From a virus (Duplodnaviria; Caudoviricetes): 36,799 nt of DNA. The translations under genes and the position numbers were made by a program. Position 1 is the stretch's first letter, and each line of letters opens with the position of its first letter. Location: positions 1-36,799 of IMG/VR virus record IMGVR_UViG_3300020045_004753; one strand, written 5' to 3'. This document shows positions 16,691-27,217 of this stretch, piece by piece. The notes beneath the pieces were generated by a model, which ran no database searches, had not been told where the DNA came from, and was given only the letters and a program-made list of their open reading frames with translations.

Positions 16691-17956
16691 ATGGCCAACG
16701 ATTTCAGTAAAGAAGAAAAGGTTGCATTCGAGGATGTTTGCGAAGGATTCGAAGACGGCCTCGTAATGTCCAAAAACATGAACATCTACCGTACCGACGA
16801 CCAGACGATGGAGCGGACGGGGGATGTCATCAATCGCCCGATGCCGTACATCATGACTAGCCACGACGGATCAGATGCGACCGCCGACTTCGACGATGTG
16901 ACGCAGCTTACCGTCCCGGCGACTATCGGATATGACAAACACGTTTCCTGGATCATGTCGGCGACCGAACTTCGAGACGCATTGCAGGAAGGCCGGATCG
17001 CAGATGCCGCGCGTCAGCGGTTGGCCTCGGACGTCAATGTCGCGTCTATGAACGTATCCGCCTACCAGGGATCGCTCGTTGTGAAGCGCACCGTTGCGGC
17101 AACCGGGTTCGATGACGTGGCCTTGTGTGAAGCCATCATGAACGAACAGGGCGTCCCGTCGTATGACCGGTTCCTTGCTCTTTCTACCCGCGATTACAAC
17201 GGCATGGCCGGGAATCTTGCGGGCCGTGCTACCATGCAGGGCAAGCCGATGAACGCCTACGAGCGCGCGTATGTCGGTCCCGTGGCGAGCTTCGAAACGT
17301 TCAAGATGGACAGCTCGATTCGCCTCGCTGCGGCGGGTGGTGGTGCTGGTCTGACGATCACGACCCTCGCGGCGGGCGGCAATGTGTACGTTCCGGCTGC
17401 GACTTCCGTGGCGACTACGGGGCAGCGGTCGAACGTTGACAATCGTTTCCAGTCAACCGTGTGGTCTTCTACGGCCAGTGTGGTTGCCGGGGATTGTTTC
17501 ACCATCGCGACCGTCAACGCCGTGCATCACATCACCAAAGAAGACACCGGGCAGCTCAAGACTTTCCGCGTTGTTTCAGTGGACGATGCAACTCACGCGA
17601 CCATCACCCCGCCTCTCATCACAGCGCAAGGTGGTACGCAACCGGAGTTGCAATATCAGAACTGCACCGTCGGGACTCCCGCGGCAAACTCGGCTATCGT
17701 GTTCCTCAACACGGTCGCGGCGTATGCAAACATTTTCTGGCATAAAGATTCTCTTGAGCTTCTGCCGGGCCGTCTCGTGATCCCGTCGGATGGCGTCGCG
17801 GTTATGAGGGCCACTCTTGATAACGGCCTAGAAGTCGTTATGCAAAAGCAATACGACATCGATATCCGCAAGTTCAAGATCCGAATCGATACGCGGTTCG
17901 GAGTGGTCAACAAGAATACCGAAATGAACGGGATCATCCTGTTCAGCCAGACCTAA
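16691..17956 (+). CDS. Major capsid protein, P22 gp5-like
   Basis: MANDFSKEEKVAFE, LASDVN, GDCFTI..VNAVHHITK.DTGQLKTF. Confidence 0.93.
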   Translation: MANDFSKEEKVAFEDVCEGFEDGLVMSKNMNIYRTDDQTMERTGDVINRPMPYIMTSHDGSDATADFDDVTQLTVPATIGYDKHVSWIMSATELRDALQEGRIADAARQRLASDVNVASMNVSAYQGSLVVKRTVAATGFDDVALCEAIMNEQGVPSYDRFLALSTRDYNGMAGNLAGRATMQGKPMNAYERAYVGPVASFETFKMDSSIRLAAAGGGAGLTITTLAAGGNVYVPAATSVATTGQRSNVDNRFQSTVWSSTASVVAGDCFTIATVNAVHHITKEDTGQLKTFRVVSVDDATHATITPPLITAQGGTQPELQYQNCTVGTPAANSAIVFLNTVAAYANIFWHKDSLELLPGRLVIPSDGVAVMRATLDNGLEVVMQKQYDIDIRKFKIRIDTRFGVVNKNTEMNGIILFSQT

Positions 17957-17963
17957 CGGAACA

Positions 17964-17983
17964 GGCGGGGAGTAATCCCCGCC
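17964..17983 (+). other. GNRA hairpin after the coat gene
   Basis: GGCGGGGA-GTAA-TCCCCGCC with no U tract (stabiliser or weak terminator). Confidence 0.55.
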
Positions 17984-18004
17984 ATTAAACAAGGAGTCAA
18001 AGAG

Positions 18005-18976
18005 ATGGCTAATTTGGTTTATGCGAATGGAACGAAAGAAATAGCGGTACCCGCTGGCGAAAAGATCGCCATGTATTCCATGTCCCCTGCGGTGCTTTCT
18101 CAGCAAGTCGGATACCCGAACTATCCCGATTCGTGGGATTACCTCTATACCACTGTCGCCGGTACCGAGTACTTGACGGCTGCGTTTTCCGCGGCGACTA
18201 CTGTAAAGATCGACGCGGGCCCGTCCGACTGCTACTACGAAGTCGGAGCCGCTCCGAAGATTTTTGAGCCGGTGGCGAGCCTGTCGCTTACTGACGTGGC
18301 TGCGACTGTTTCCGGTCTTGCGGCTGCTCAGGGAGGATCGGTTACGGTGGTCGGCGGAACGTCTTCCACGGCCGGTAACGCGGGCGGCGCGGCTGCGATC
18401 AAGGGCGGCGAGCCGGGAGCAACCGGAGTCGGTGGAGCGGCGACCGTAACTGGCGGAGCTGGCGGAGCTACTTCCGGGAAGGGCGGCGCTGCAACGGTAA
18501 CCGGTGGAGCGGGAACCAACGGGAATGCGGCTGGCGGGTCGGTTATCCTAACTCCTGGAGCTAAAAACGGTTCTGGCCTGGACGGCGGCGTGTTCAATCG
18601 CGGAACGTACCAGTTCCGAAAACAGGCCGCGCAGATCGACAAGGTCGACGGGAACCAAAGCGTAACCGGCGCTCAGATCATCGGCGGAATCTGTGTTCAT
18701 ACCATCACCACGGGTCGAACTCTCACCACTCCGACCGGTGCCCTTATCACCGCGGCGTGTCCCACTGACCTTGCGGTCGGCGATTCTTTCGACTTCACCC
18801 TGATAACGATCGGGGCGGGGGCTGACGATATCGACACCCTCACCGCCGGAGACGGGGACGTTACGATTGTCGGCGAGCCGACGGTAGGGCCGTCAGGGTC
18901 AACGTTCAACTGCTACGGGACTTTCCGTTTCCGCTATTCGGGAACGAACGCCTGGGTGGCGTATCGTATCGGGTAA
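18005..18976 (+). CDS. Gly-rich virion protein (decoration or head fibre)
   Basis: Follows coat; GG.AT.TGG repeats. Confidence 0.65.
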   Translation: MANLVYANGTKEIAVPAGEKIAMYSMSPAVLSQQVGYPNYPDSWDYLYTTVAGTEYLTAAFSAATTVKIDAGPSDCYYEVGAAPKIFEPVASLSLTDVAATVSGLAAAQGGSVTVVGGTSSTAGNAGGAAAIKGGEPGATGVGGAATVTGGAGGATSGKGGAATVTGGAGTNGNAAGGSVILTPGAKNGSGLDGGVFNRGTYQFRKQAAQIDKVDGNQSVTGAQIIGGICVHTITTGRTLTTPTGALITAACPTDLAVGDSFDFTLITIGAGADDIDTLTAGDGDVTIVGEPTVGPSGSTFNCYGTFRFRYSGTNAWVAYRIG

Positions 18977-18982
18977 TTGAAA

Positions 18983-19011
18983 GCCGGGCTGGAAACGGCC
19001 CGGTACTTTTT
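18983..19011 (+). terminator. Intrinsic terminator
   Basis: GCCGGGCTG-GAAA-CGGCCCGGT then ACTTTTT. Confidence 0.65.
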
Positions 19012-19021
19012 GGAGGTGTGA

Positions 19022-19273
19022 ATGGATTTTCCTAGGTTGGTATATACGAGTCCGGGACCGTGCGAATGCGCTGGCGGTTCGTATGGGTTCGAAAAGGTCC
19101 TAGACGAAAAAGAGCTTGAATCCGCTCTTGAGGCTGGATTCTATGCAACGCTACCGGAGGCACTGAATGGGGATAAAGGTAGTCCCGACGAAAAAGTCGA
19201 GCCAGTCGAATCAAAAGAAGTCGTCGACGAAAAGCCCGCAGAAAAAAGGCGCGGACGTCCAGCCAAAAATTAG
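19022..19273 (+). CDS. Hypothetical head-region protein
   Basis: GGAGG RBS; C-terminal KRRGRP. Confidence 0.7.
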   Translation: MDFPRLVYTSPGPCECAGGSYGFEKVLDEKELESALEAGFYATLPEALNGDKGSPDEKVEPVESKEVVDEKPAEKRRGRPAKN

Positions 19274-19277
19274 CATA

Positions 19278-19433
19278 ATGCCAGGGCAAAAGAGCGAAGC
19301 GGACTGGCAAGCCGAGGAAGACGTCCGTACGTTGATGCGCGCGGAAGAGATCAAAGCCAACGCGAAGCGGTTCGCAAAGGCCAAAGAAGAAGCGCGCAAG
19401 CAAGCCGCGCGAGTCTCAAGGATTGTGAAATGA
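19278..19433 (+). CDS. 51-aa helical hypothetical protein
   Basis: ATG 19278 inside ORF 19167; WQAEEDVRTLMRAEEIK. Confidence 0.6.
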   Translation: MPGQKSEADWQAEEDVRTLMRAEEIKANAKRFAKAKEEARKQAARVSRIVK

Positions 19434-19897
19434 GCTATACCAAACGTCAATTGATAAGCTCGGCGCTTTCTGAAATAGGAATAGCTGAGTATACTTTTGA
19501 CGTTTTACCCGAACAGAAAATTGAAGCGCTTCACCGGCTTGATTCGATGCTAGCGGAATGGAACGGGCGAGGCATACGGTTATCGTACCCGGTTCCTGTT
19601 GCTCAATCGGGATCGTCGCTTGACCAAGACGCCGGTATTCCTGATATGGCATGGGAAGCCGTCATAACCAATCTTGCGATCAGGATCGCACCAAGCTACG
19701 GGAAAGTCGTCAGCGCAGAAACAAAAGCCACGGCTCGCCACGCGCTAAATACGGTTATGGCTTTTGACTCCACGCCGAGAGAAATGGTTATTACCGGGAT
19801 ACCCATGGGAGCCGGGCATAAAGACACGGAAGACACGTTCATCGAACAAGAAAGCGCTATAGTTGAACGCCATGAATATGAAGCGACTTTTGAATAA
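19430..19897 (+). CDS. Head-tail adaptor, P22 gp4-like
   Basis: TKRQLI..AL..IG, LDSMLAEW, NLAIRIAPSYG, PMGAG. Confidence 0.85.
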   Translation: MSYTKRQLISSALSEIGIAEYTFDVLPEQKIEALHRLDSMLAEWNGRGIRLSYPVPVAQSGSSLDQDAGIPDMAWEAVITNLAIRIAPSYGKVVSAETKATARHALNTVMAFDSTPREMVITGIPMGAGHKDTEDTFIEQESAIVERHEYEATFE

Positions 19898-19906
19898 GGT
19901 GGTAGT

Positions 19907-20350
19907 ATGTCGAAACTGACGATAACTGATACCGTATCAACCGGCGATCTTTTTGTAATAGAAAAAGCGAATCAAAGCGACTTCCGGGAAGTCTCTGGGA
20001 CTGACTTACTTGCGTGGATTCAATCCTCGCTAACGTATGGGAAGCCGACGACGCAATACTACGCTCCGGCCGCTTCTGGGTTCACCGCGACGATTACCGA
20101 TGGATCAGAAGATATTCATTTGATTCTTACCCCTCTGGCCGGATACGCTGCGGGAACTATCAAACTACCGGCGCTTGCAAACGCAATTGATAAACAGATC
20201 GTAACGGTAAATTGCACGCAGTCAGTCGCCGCGCTCACCATGGACGGAAACGGCGCGACGGTGGTCGGAGCACCGACGGCTCTTTCTGCAAACGGGTATT
20301 TTGTCATGAAATACGACATCGTGTTATCAACATGGTATCGAATAGGATAA
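19907..20350 (+). CDS. Virion structural protein
   Basis: Beta-rich, ends WYRIG like 18005 (AYRIG). Confidence 0.65.
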   Translation: MSKLTITDTVSTGDLFVIEKANQSDFREVSGTDLLAWIQSSLTYGKPTTQYYAPAASGFTATITDGSEDIHLILTPLAGYAAGTIKLPALANAIDKQIVTVNCTQSVAALTMDGNGATVVGAPTALSANGYFVMKYDIVLSTWYRIG

Positions 20351-20359
20351 GGGGGATTT

Positions 20360-20650
20360 ATGATACCTTTTTACGCAGCAAGAGGAGCTAACCAAGTTGT
20401 TTCTCCAGCCGCCGCTTCGGCATCAACTTCTATCGATAAAGTAGCTCGGTCGGTTCGATTTGTTAATTCTGGAGCTAGTATCTGCTATGTACGCATCGGG
20501 ACCGGAGCGCAAACCGCTACAACGGCAGATATCCCGATTCGTTCCGCGGAGTCTGTTGTGCTTGGAAAGGCAGACGGGGAAGACACGATTGCATACATAT
20601 CAGCAGCGGGGACTACCCTTAACATTCAGCCGGGCATAGGTGGTAGTTAA
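20360..20650 (+). CDS. Virion structural protein
   Basis: Position in tail module. Confidence 0.6.
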   Translation: MIPFYAARGANQVVSPAAASASTSIDKVARSVRFVNSGASICYVRIGTGAQTATTADIPIRSAESVVLGKADGEDTIAYISAAGTTLNIQPGIGGS

Positions 20651-22059
20651 TGCAGATACCCATCTTAACAGGGATTTACACAGACAACGCAGACTTCCGC
20701 ACGTCATACCCTGTTAACATGGTTCCGGTTCCTGTCAACACTGGAATAAGCGCCGGGTATTTGCGTCCCGCAGAGGGTGCCGTTAGGTTGGGGTATGGGC
20801 TTAGCTTGGGTGCTCCGCGCGGTGCCGTAAACTGGCGGGGTAAATGCTACGCGGTATTCGGTAGCTCGCTTGTTAGAATCAACGCAGATTACAGCCTAGA
20901 TGTGCTAGGAAACGTTGGGAATCACAACGATGAACATGTAACATTTACATACTCATTTGAATTGTTAGCCATAGCTTCAAACAACAATTTATTTTATTGG
21001 AACGACGACGTATTGGTTCAATTGGTCGATGCAGACCTCGGGAATGTGATTAGTGTTGAATGGGTTGACGGATACTTTATGACGACCGACGGTGATTATT
21101 TAGTAGTCACAGATATCGGCAATCCGATGAGCGTTAACCCTCTTAGGTACGGATCGTCTGAAATAGACCCTGACCCTATTGTTCAAGTAATAAAGCTTAG
21201 AAACGAAATACACGCGATAAATAGGCATACGATCGAAGTATTTGAAAACACTGGCGGTTCTACGTTTCCTTTCACCAGAATACAAGGAGCACAAATACAA
21301 AAAGGGGCTTGCGGATCTCATTGTGCTTGCATATTGAACGACTCTGTCGCTTTTCTTGGTGGTGGAAGAAATGAGCCGCCGGCCGTATATCTTGGATCAA
21401 ACGCTATAGCTTTGAAGATAAGTACCAGAGAGATAGAAGACATACTCTTGACATATACCGAAACCGAACTATCAAATGCGGTGGTGTCTGCAAGAATGCA
21501 TGAAGCGCATGAAACGTTTTGGATTCGTCTTCCTGACCGAACGCTTGTATATGACCTTGAAGCTTCAAAAGCGCTTAGCTCTTCTGTATGGTATCAACTC
21601 ACAAGCGCAACGGCCGGGTTTGCAGAATATAGAATAGTCGACCCGGTATGGTGCTACGATAAATGGATTGTATTCGATCCATCGAATAGTGATTACGGGT
21701 ATCTTAGCAAAGACACGTCAAAACAGTTTGACAATATTTATCGGTGGGAGTTTGGGACAACGATAGTGTACAACGAGGGTAGGGGAATACTATTTCACTC
21801 TATTGAGCTTGTCTGCCTTTCTGGGCGCCTTGAGCAAGGCGATGCGTCATATGTAAGCACGAGCTACTCTACCGACGGAATGAACTGGAGCATGGAGCGT
21901 CTCATATCTGCTGGATCACGTGGAGATAGGATGCGCCGCCTTATGTGGTTACAACAGGGTCCTATGCGAAACTGGAGAACGCAGCGTTTTAGGGGCGATG
22001 GTAAATCTATGATTGTCATTGCAAGAATTGAGGCGGCAATGGAGCCGCTTGCAGTATGA
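20650..22059 (+). CDS. Tail hub / DNA stabilisation protein, P22 gp10-like
   Basis: 469 aa; PVNM, GYLRP, DGYF, SE.DPD. Confidence 0.88.
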   Translation: MQIPILTGIYTDNADFRTSYPVNMVPVPVNTGISAGYLRPAEGAVRLGYGLSLGAPRGAVNWRGKCYAVFGSSLVRINADYSLDVLGNVGNHNDEHVTFTYSFELLAIASNNNLFYWNDDVLVQLVDADLGNVISVEWVDGYFMTTDGDYLVVTDIGNPMSVNPLRYGSSEIDPDPIVQVIKLRNEIHAINRHTIEVFENTGGSTFPFTRIQGAQIQKGACGSHCACILNDSVAFLGGGRNEPPAVYLGSNAIALKISTREIEDILLTYTETELSNAVVSARMHEAHETFWIRLPDRTLVYDLEASKALSSSVWYQLTSATAGFAEYRIVDPVWCYDKWIVFDPSNSDYGYLSKDTSKQFDNIYRWEFGTTIVYNEGRGILFHSIELVCLSGRLEQGDASYVSTSYSTDGMNWSMERLISAGSRGDRMRRLMWLQQGPMRNWRTQRFRGDGKSMIVIARIEAAMEPLAV

Positions 22060-22694
22060 GCACGCCTATCCCGGTTACCAGAGCTCAGTTACAAGCATTT
22101 TTGAAAGACGAAAAAATGATAAAAATGTTTGAGCGCTTGTTCGGAGCCGTTAATTCTTCGTCGGTCGACACTGCGGCATACGCTGACACTGCGGCATACG
22201 CCGACAACGCAGGACATGCAACGACTGCGGATACTGCTACAAGCGCGACAAGCGCGACAAGCGCGACAAGCGCGACAAGCGCAACATACACACCAGCTGG
22301 AAGCCCGTTTAGAAAGACAGGCATCTTGACTGCGGCTGCGGCTGGGACGGCAGTTCACATATTGACAGACGCGCTTGTAGGGACTGGAAAAAAAGCCTAT
22401 ATACACGTAATTTTTATAAAAGTAGACGGTGCAACAGCATGGGCAGATGGGACATCAACTATTGTAAAAATCCAAGATACAAACGGAACGCCCGTTTTGG
22501 GCCTTACAATTCCTAAAGCCTCACTTGTTGGAAATGCGTTTTTGTTTATAAATAGCGCTGGCCTTACCGTCGGAGACAGCATAGCAAAAGGAAGCGGATT
22601 TACCACGACAAAAGGTATCGATATAATTGGTGATGGTAACTTTGCGGCTGGTAGCAATATTCATGCTACAATCATAGGGTTTATAGATGTGTGA
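22056..22694 (+). CDS. Tail needle-like protein (gp26 position) with low-complexity stalk
   Basis: Follows gp10; DTAAYA x2 and ATS x5 repeats. Confidence 0.55.
   Translation: MSTPIPVTRAQLQAFLKDEKMIKMFERLFGAVNSSSVDTAAYADTAAYADNAGHATTADTATSATSATSATSATSATYTPAGSPFRKTGILTAAAAGTAVHILTDALVGTGKKAYIHVIFIKVDGATAWADGTSTIVKIQDTNGTPVLGLTIPKASLVGNAFLFINSAGLTVGDSIAKGSGFTTTKGIDIIGDGNFAAGSNIHATIIGFIDV
22167..22282 (+). repeat. Coding tandem repeats (18 bp x2; 9 bp x about 5)
   Basis: GACACTGCGGCATACGCY at 22167 and 22185; ACAAGCGCG from 22239. Confidence 0.85.
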
Positions 22695-22703
22695 GGTATT
22701 AAT

Positions 22704-23861
22704 ATGTGGGCTCTTTTAGCCGCTGGCGGTGCCTTTGCTGCAAGTTTGTTGAACGGATATATTCAGTCTTCTGCGGCGGCTAAGGCTGCGGCAGCGGCTA
22801 CCGCTGCAAACCAGCAAGCAACCGCCGAAGCTCAACGTCAGTTTAACGCACAAATGAACATGTATAAAGGAGACCAGGCGGCGGCTCTTGAAAGATACAA
22901 TACACTTCAAGCCGACTTATCCCCGTATAAAGCTGCTGGACTTGAAGCCTTAAAAGCTCAAATGGCCTTGATGGGAATAGGGCAAAAAGAGCTTTTAATT
23001 TCTGACGCGCAAGCGCAATATGCAAAAGATTTAGCAGAAGCAGAGGCCAATTCTAAAAAACTGACAAGTCCTGATTATGATAATGCAACAGATTTAACTC
23101 CGACCGTTTCGGATAATGCTACCGATCCATCTGTAAAAGAAAGAGCATATACCGGTCCGGCTTTAGGAGACGGCCAAACTACAACAACAGATCCTAATGG
23201 AATGTTTCCGTCAGCCACCGATCCAAGGTTAAGTGTAAAAGACAACGCGGACACAAAAACAGCGTCTATGGGAGACGCGACAGCAGATTCAAAAGCAGCT
23301 TACGACCAAGCTGTAGCGGCAGCGGCAGCGAAACGAGACGCGGCAATTGCGGCTGCGGAAACGGCCCAAACTGGTGAAGAAGCGCAGAAGGCAGCCATAG
23401 CGGCGATTGAAGCTAACCCCGAAATGGCGGCTCTTACTTCAAAAGGGGAAGAGGCGATCTTGATGAACGCCTCGGCTACCGGGGGACTTCGAGGCGGAAA
23501 CACTCAAAATGCAATAGCGCAGTTTAGGCCGTCGGTGTTGGCTGGTCTGATAAACCAACAATATCAACGCCTTGGGGCAATGACTGAAATAGGTCAATCT
23601 TCTGTCCTTGGATCAGCCGGAGTTGGTGTGGGTAGTGGCGTAGGCTATCCAGATGCTTCGTCAATTATAGATCTTTTAAACCAAAAAGGATCCATAACAT
23701 CGGGTAACGCATTAGCCCAAGGGAATGCGTACTCTTCAATACCAAATGCGTTTATGGCTGGGCTTGGTGCGTTTGCAGGGTTTGGCGGGTTTGGTTCCAC
23801 TTCATCGCAAACACAAAACAGTTCAGCGATGCCGTGGGGAAACTGGAATATCAAGTTCTAA
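22704..23861 (+). CDS. DNA ejection protein, gp7-like
   Basis: Ala/Gly-rich; LSPY..AG..AL, NASATGGLRGGN. Confidence 0.75.
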   Translation: MWALLAAGGAFAASLLNGYIQSSAAAKAAAAATAANQQATAEAQRQFNAQMNMYKGDQAAALERYNTLQADLSPYKAAGLEALKAQMALMGIGQKELLISDAQAQYAKDLAEAEANSKKLTSPDYDNATDLTPTVSDNATDPSVKERAYTGPALGDGQTTTTDPNGMFPSATDPRLSVKDNADTKTASMGDATADSKAAYDQAVAAAAAKRDAAIAAAETAQTGEEAQKAAIAAIEANPEMAALTSKGEEAILMNASATGGLRGGNTQNAIAQFRPSVLAGLINQQYQRLGAMTEIGQSSVLGSAGVGVGSGVGYPDASSIIDLLNQKGSITSGNALAQGNAYSSIPNAFMAGLGAFAGFGGFGSTSSQTQNSSAMPWGNWNIKF

Positions 23862-23867
23862 GGATGG

Positions 23868-25238
23868 ATGAATATGCAGCCTAACGATTATACGCTTAAC
23901 ATGCAGAATCCTCTCCAGTCTTTTCAAGATTCGTATATTCTTGGATCAACAATACAGAAACAGCGAGAAGCCGCTATGGCTGCGGAACAGGAAAGGACGC
24001 AAGCGCGTATTCAGGCAGAGGAAGACGCTAAAAGGCAGCAGCAACTCATGGCGGCCTATGACAAGCTCCGTGACCCTAGCGCCAGGGCTCGTGACTATGA
24101 AAACTTGGCGATGATGTTGCCTAAGGATCAGGCAGAGACGCTATTGAATATAGCAAAAAATAGGACCGAAGAAGAAAACCGGGCGGATTTGATAGATTCA
24201 ATGTCCGTGTTCAATTCTTTTAATTCTGGCCTTCCCGAAATGGGGATATCATTGCTCAGAAAACACGCCGAAGCTGAAAAAGCAGTAGGCAATGTAGAAG
24301 GGGCAAATACATTTGAAGAATACGCCAAATTAGCTGAATCGGGAGAAGAAGGCGCAAAGGCCATTGAAAACTTGATCGGGCTTACTATCATTGCGCTTCC
24401 TGGGGGAAAGGACGCGTTAGACGCTTCTTCAAAATACAATGAAGAGCGAAGAAAAGAAAAAGAACATCCTATACTTGTACAACAGAAAAAGGTTGAATTG
24501 GATAAAGCAACATCAGAAGCTGAAAAGTCGGCGATAGAGGCCAAATACGCCGAAAAGGCTAAAGTACTAGACCTTGAAAAAACTGCGGCGGACATAGGAA
24601 GTACAAAAGAAGGAACTAAAGAAATAATTGCAAAGACTAAAAAACTAGGCGCAGAAACTGCTAAGTTGTTTATGGAGCTTGACGCGCTGAAAAACACTGG
24701 TGGAATACCGCCAGAAAAGAAGTTCGAGCAAGAAGGCAAGATACGAGGAGAATATCAAACACGAGTATCTAAATATAATGAAATGCGGCAAACCTTGCCG
24801 ACAATTCAAATATCAGCGATGGATGACACTGGAGCTTCTGATGTTGCGTTGATAACTGCATTTATGAAAATGCTAGATCCTGGGTCTGTCGTAAGGGAGA
24901 CAGAGTTTGCAACAGCTAGAGACACTTCCGGTTTATATGGAAGTCTTACTTCTTTGCTATCTAAGGCTAATACGGGGCAGTTTCTTAACCCTCAACAAAG
25001 AAAAGATTTTTCTAGGCTTGCCGAAAAGTATATGGAAGCGTCACAAGCCTATGAGGGTAAAGTTAGAAAAGACTTGACCAATGTTGTCGAAAGCTATGGG
25101 CTTTCACCGACCAATGTTTTCGGGACTATTGCGAACGCCCCGGAAATAAAAAAACCAACAGCGCCTAAGAACAATCCAGGGTTTGAATTGTCAAACATTG
25201 AAAAGAAAAAATACCCGACACGGGAGGTTGACTATTAA
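23868..25238 (+). CDS. DNA ejection protein (gp20 position)
   Basis: Helical; MKMLDPGSVVRETEF; synteny. Confidence 0.65.
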   Translation: MNMQPNDYTLNMQNPLQSFQDSYILGSTIQKQREAAMAAEQERTQARIQAEEDAKRQQQLMAAYDKLRDPSARARDYENLAMMLPKDQAETLLNIAKNRTEEENRADLIDSMSVFNSFNSGLPEMGISLLRKHAEAEKAVGNVEGANTFEEYAKLAESGEEGAKAIENLIGLTIIALPGGKDALDASSKYNEERRKEKEHPILVQQKKVELDKATSEAEKSAIEAKYAEKAKVLDLEKTAADIGSTKEGTKEIIAKTKKLGAETAKLFMELDALKNTGGIPPEKKFEQEGKIRGEYQTRVSKYNEMRQTLPTIQISAMDDTGASDVALITAFMKMLDPGSVVRETEFATARDTSGLYGSLTSLLSKANTGQFLNPQQRKDFSRLAEKYMEASQAYEGKVRKDLTNVVESYGLSPTNVFGTIANAPEIKKPTAPKNNPGFELSNIEKKKYPTREVDY

Positions 25239-27217
25239 TGTCGTACTCCATAAAGACAAAAGACGGGATTGTCATTGACGGAATACCGGACGATATACCC
25301 GAAAACGACCAAAGGCTAAAAGATAAAGTTGCGCAGCTTCGAAACGCTGGTCAAAAGTATGCGACACTTCAATCGGGGCAAGCTCAAGAAGAAGCACCTA
25401 AGCCTAGAAATGAAGTATTGGAAGGGGCTGCTAAAGGTCTATCGCAAGGCGCGTCTTCGCTGGTACGTGGTGCGGCCGGTGGCGTTGCTGGTACGGTCGG
25501 AGTTGTAACGGATCCTATAGTTGCACTTCTTAACACGGTTTTGCCGAAAGAATACCAAGGGCTTCCGGCCGCGCAAGGAATGAAGCTTTTACTAGACAAA
25601 CTTGGTGTGCCTGAATCAGAAACGGCCGCGCAGCGCATTGTCGAAGCAGGGACGGCCGGATTAACCGGGGCGGCTCTTACAGCTGGAGCTGGACAGGCTG
25701 CGGCCGCTGGGGCTGGTATAGCTCCGACTGTAGCGCAGAAAGCGGCGCAAGTTGTAGGAGCTCAGCCAGTTCAACAGGTAGCCGGAGGCATAGGCGCTGG
25801 AGTTGCAAGCCAGGGCGTCGCAGAGGCGGGAGCGGGTCCACTTGCACAACTTGGAGCCGGATTAGCCGGCGGAATGTCTGGATCAAGTCTAGCCGCCACG
25901 CGAGCAATCCCTGACGTTGCTTCAATAGCCGACGCAAAAAAAGCCGGAATTGATTTGATGACTTCTGACGTTCGCCATCCTAATACGTTTGCGGGTAAAT
26001 GGGCGCAAGCGTTTGGTGAAAAGATCCCTGGAGTCGGGACCGGCGGGGTACGCAAGATGCAACAGGCACAGCGCGTTGAAGCTGTTCGCGATGTTATTCG
26101 CCAGTACGGGGCGGAAGATTTGGCGGCGGCTTCTGATGACGTCATGGCCGATCTTCTTGGTAAACGATCCGCAGACTTGAATAAGTGGAGCCAGGCAAAG
26201 AATGAAGTAATAGAAAAACTAAGCAAGTCGGGCCCTATGCTTGGTGAAAAAGGCGTTAGTGTACCGACTGTTGTCCCTATGCTGAAAACAGTTGAAAAAA
26301 TTGATCAGTCTATAGCATCGCTAAAAAGTCTTAAAACAGACCAGGTTGCGCCCGTTATTGGTGTGCTTGAAGACTGGAAACAAGCCATACAAGGTCAGGA
26401 CCTTAAAAACGTTGAAACGCTTAGAAAACAAATAGGCGAAGTATTCAAAGCGCCGGAACTAGCTTCGGTTCGGTCTACCGGAGAGAAAGTGCTTTCAGAT
26501 GTTTACGGATCAGTAAAAGACGATATGACGTCATACATTGCAAAGGCTGGCGGTCAAGCCGACCTAAACAAATGGCAAGTAGCAAACAAACAACTATCAA
26601 ACATGATGAACGAGATGGAGTTGCCCGCGTTGAAATCGGCCATAGAACGCGGAGAGTCTACGCCTGAAACCATAAATAAACTTTTGTTCAGTCAAAAGCG
26701 ATCAGATGTAGACTCCCTCTATCGCAACCTTTCACCAAACGGAAAGGCTTCGGCCCGTGCTGCTATCATTGCAAAGTCCGCAGAAAACAACGGCGGTGAC
26801 TTATCACCGGATAAGTTTGCGGCTGCGGTGAAAAAGATGGGTGCGCAAACCGGAGTATTCTTTAGCGAAGATGACGCCAAACAAGTTAACGGGCTGGTTC
26901 GTGCTCTTGACGTAACGAAACGCGCAAGCCAAGCAGCATTAAGCCCGCCGACTGGAGTACAGACACTTATCCCGGCAAGTTATACGGCTCTTGCTGCTTT
27001 GATACCAGGCAGCCCGCTTGAACGGTTTGCGGGAGCTACGGCGGGAATGGCGTTAGCTGGCGGAGCTGCTAGGCTGTATGAGTCAAAGCCAGTGCGTGAC
27101 ATTCTAGTTAAGCTTCCTACGGTTAAGGCGGGAAGCCAGGAAGAAGCGGCGCTATTTAAGCGGCTTATCTCGACAATAAATGTTCAAGCGAATACGTCAC
27201 AAAAGGAGAGCAAATAA
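25238..27217 (+). CDS. DNA ejection protein, gp16-like
   Basis: Gly/Ala hydrophobic segments; ARLYESKPVRDIL; synteny. Confidence 0.7.
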   Translation: MSYSIKTKDGIVIDGIPDDIPENDQRLKDKVAQLRNAGQKYATLQSGQAQEEAPKPRNEVLEGAAKGLSQGASSLVRGAAGGVAGTVGVVTDPIVALLNTVLPKEYQGLPAAQGMKLLLDKLGVPESETAAQRIVEAGTAGLTGAALTAGAGQAAAAGAGIAPTVAQKAAQVVGAQPVQQVAGGIGAGVASQGVAEAGAGPLAQLGAGLAGGMSGSSLAATRAIPDVASIADAKKAGIDLMTSDVRHPNTFAGKWAQAFGEKIPGVGTGGVRKMQQAQRVEAVRDVIRQYGAEDLAAASDDVMADLLGKRSADLNKWSQAKNEVIEKLSKSGPMLGEKGVSVPTVVPMLKTVEKIDQSIASLKSLKTDQVAPVIGVLEDWKQAIQGQDLKNVETLRKQIGEVFKAPELASVRSTGEKVLSDVYGSVKDDMTSYIAKAGGQADLNKWQVANKQLSNMMNEMELPALKSAIERGESTPETINKLLFSQKRSDVDSLYRNLSPNGKASARAAIIAKSAENNGGDLSPDKFAAAVKKMGAQTGVFFSEDDAKQVNGLVRALDVTKRASQAALSPPTGVQTLIPASYTALAALIPGSPLERFAGATAGMALAGGAARLYESKPVRDILVKLPTVKAGSQEEAALFKRLISTINVQANTSQKESK

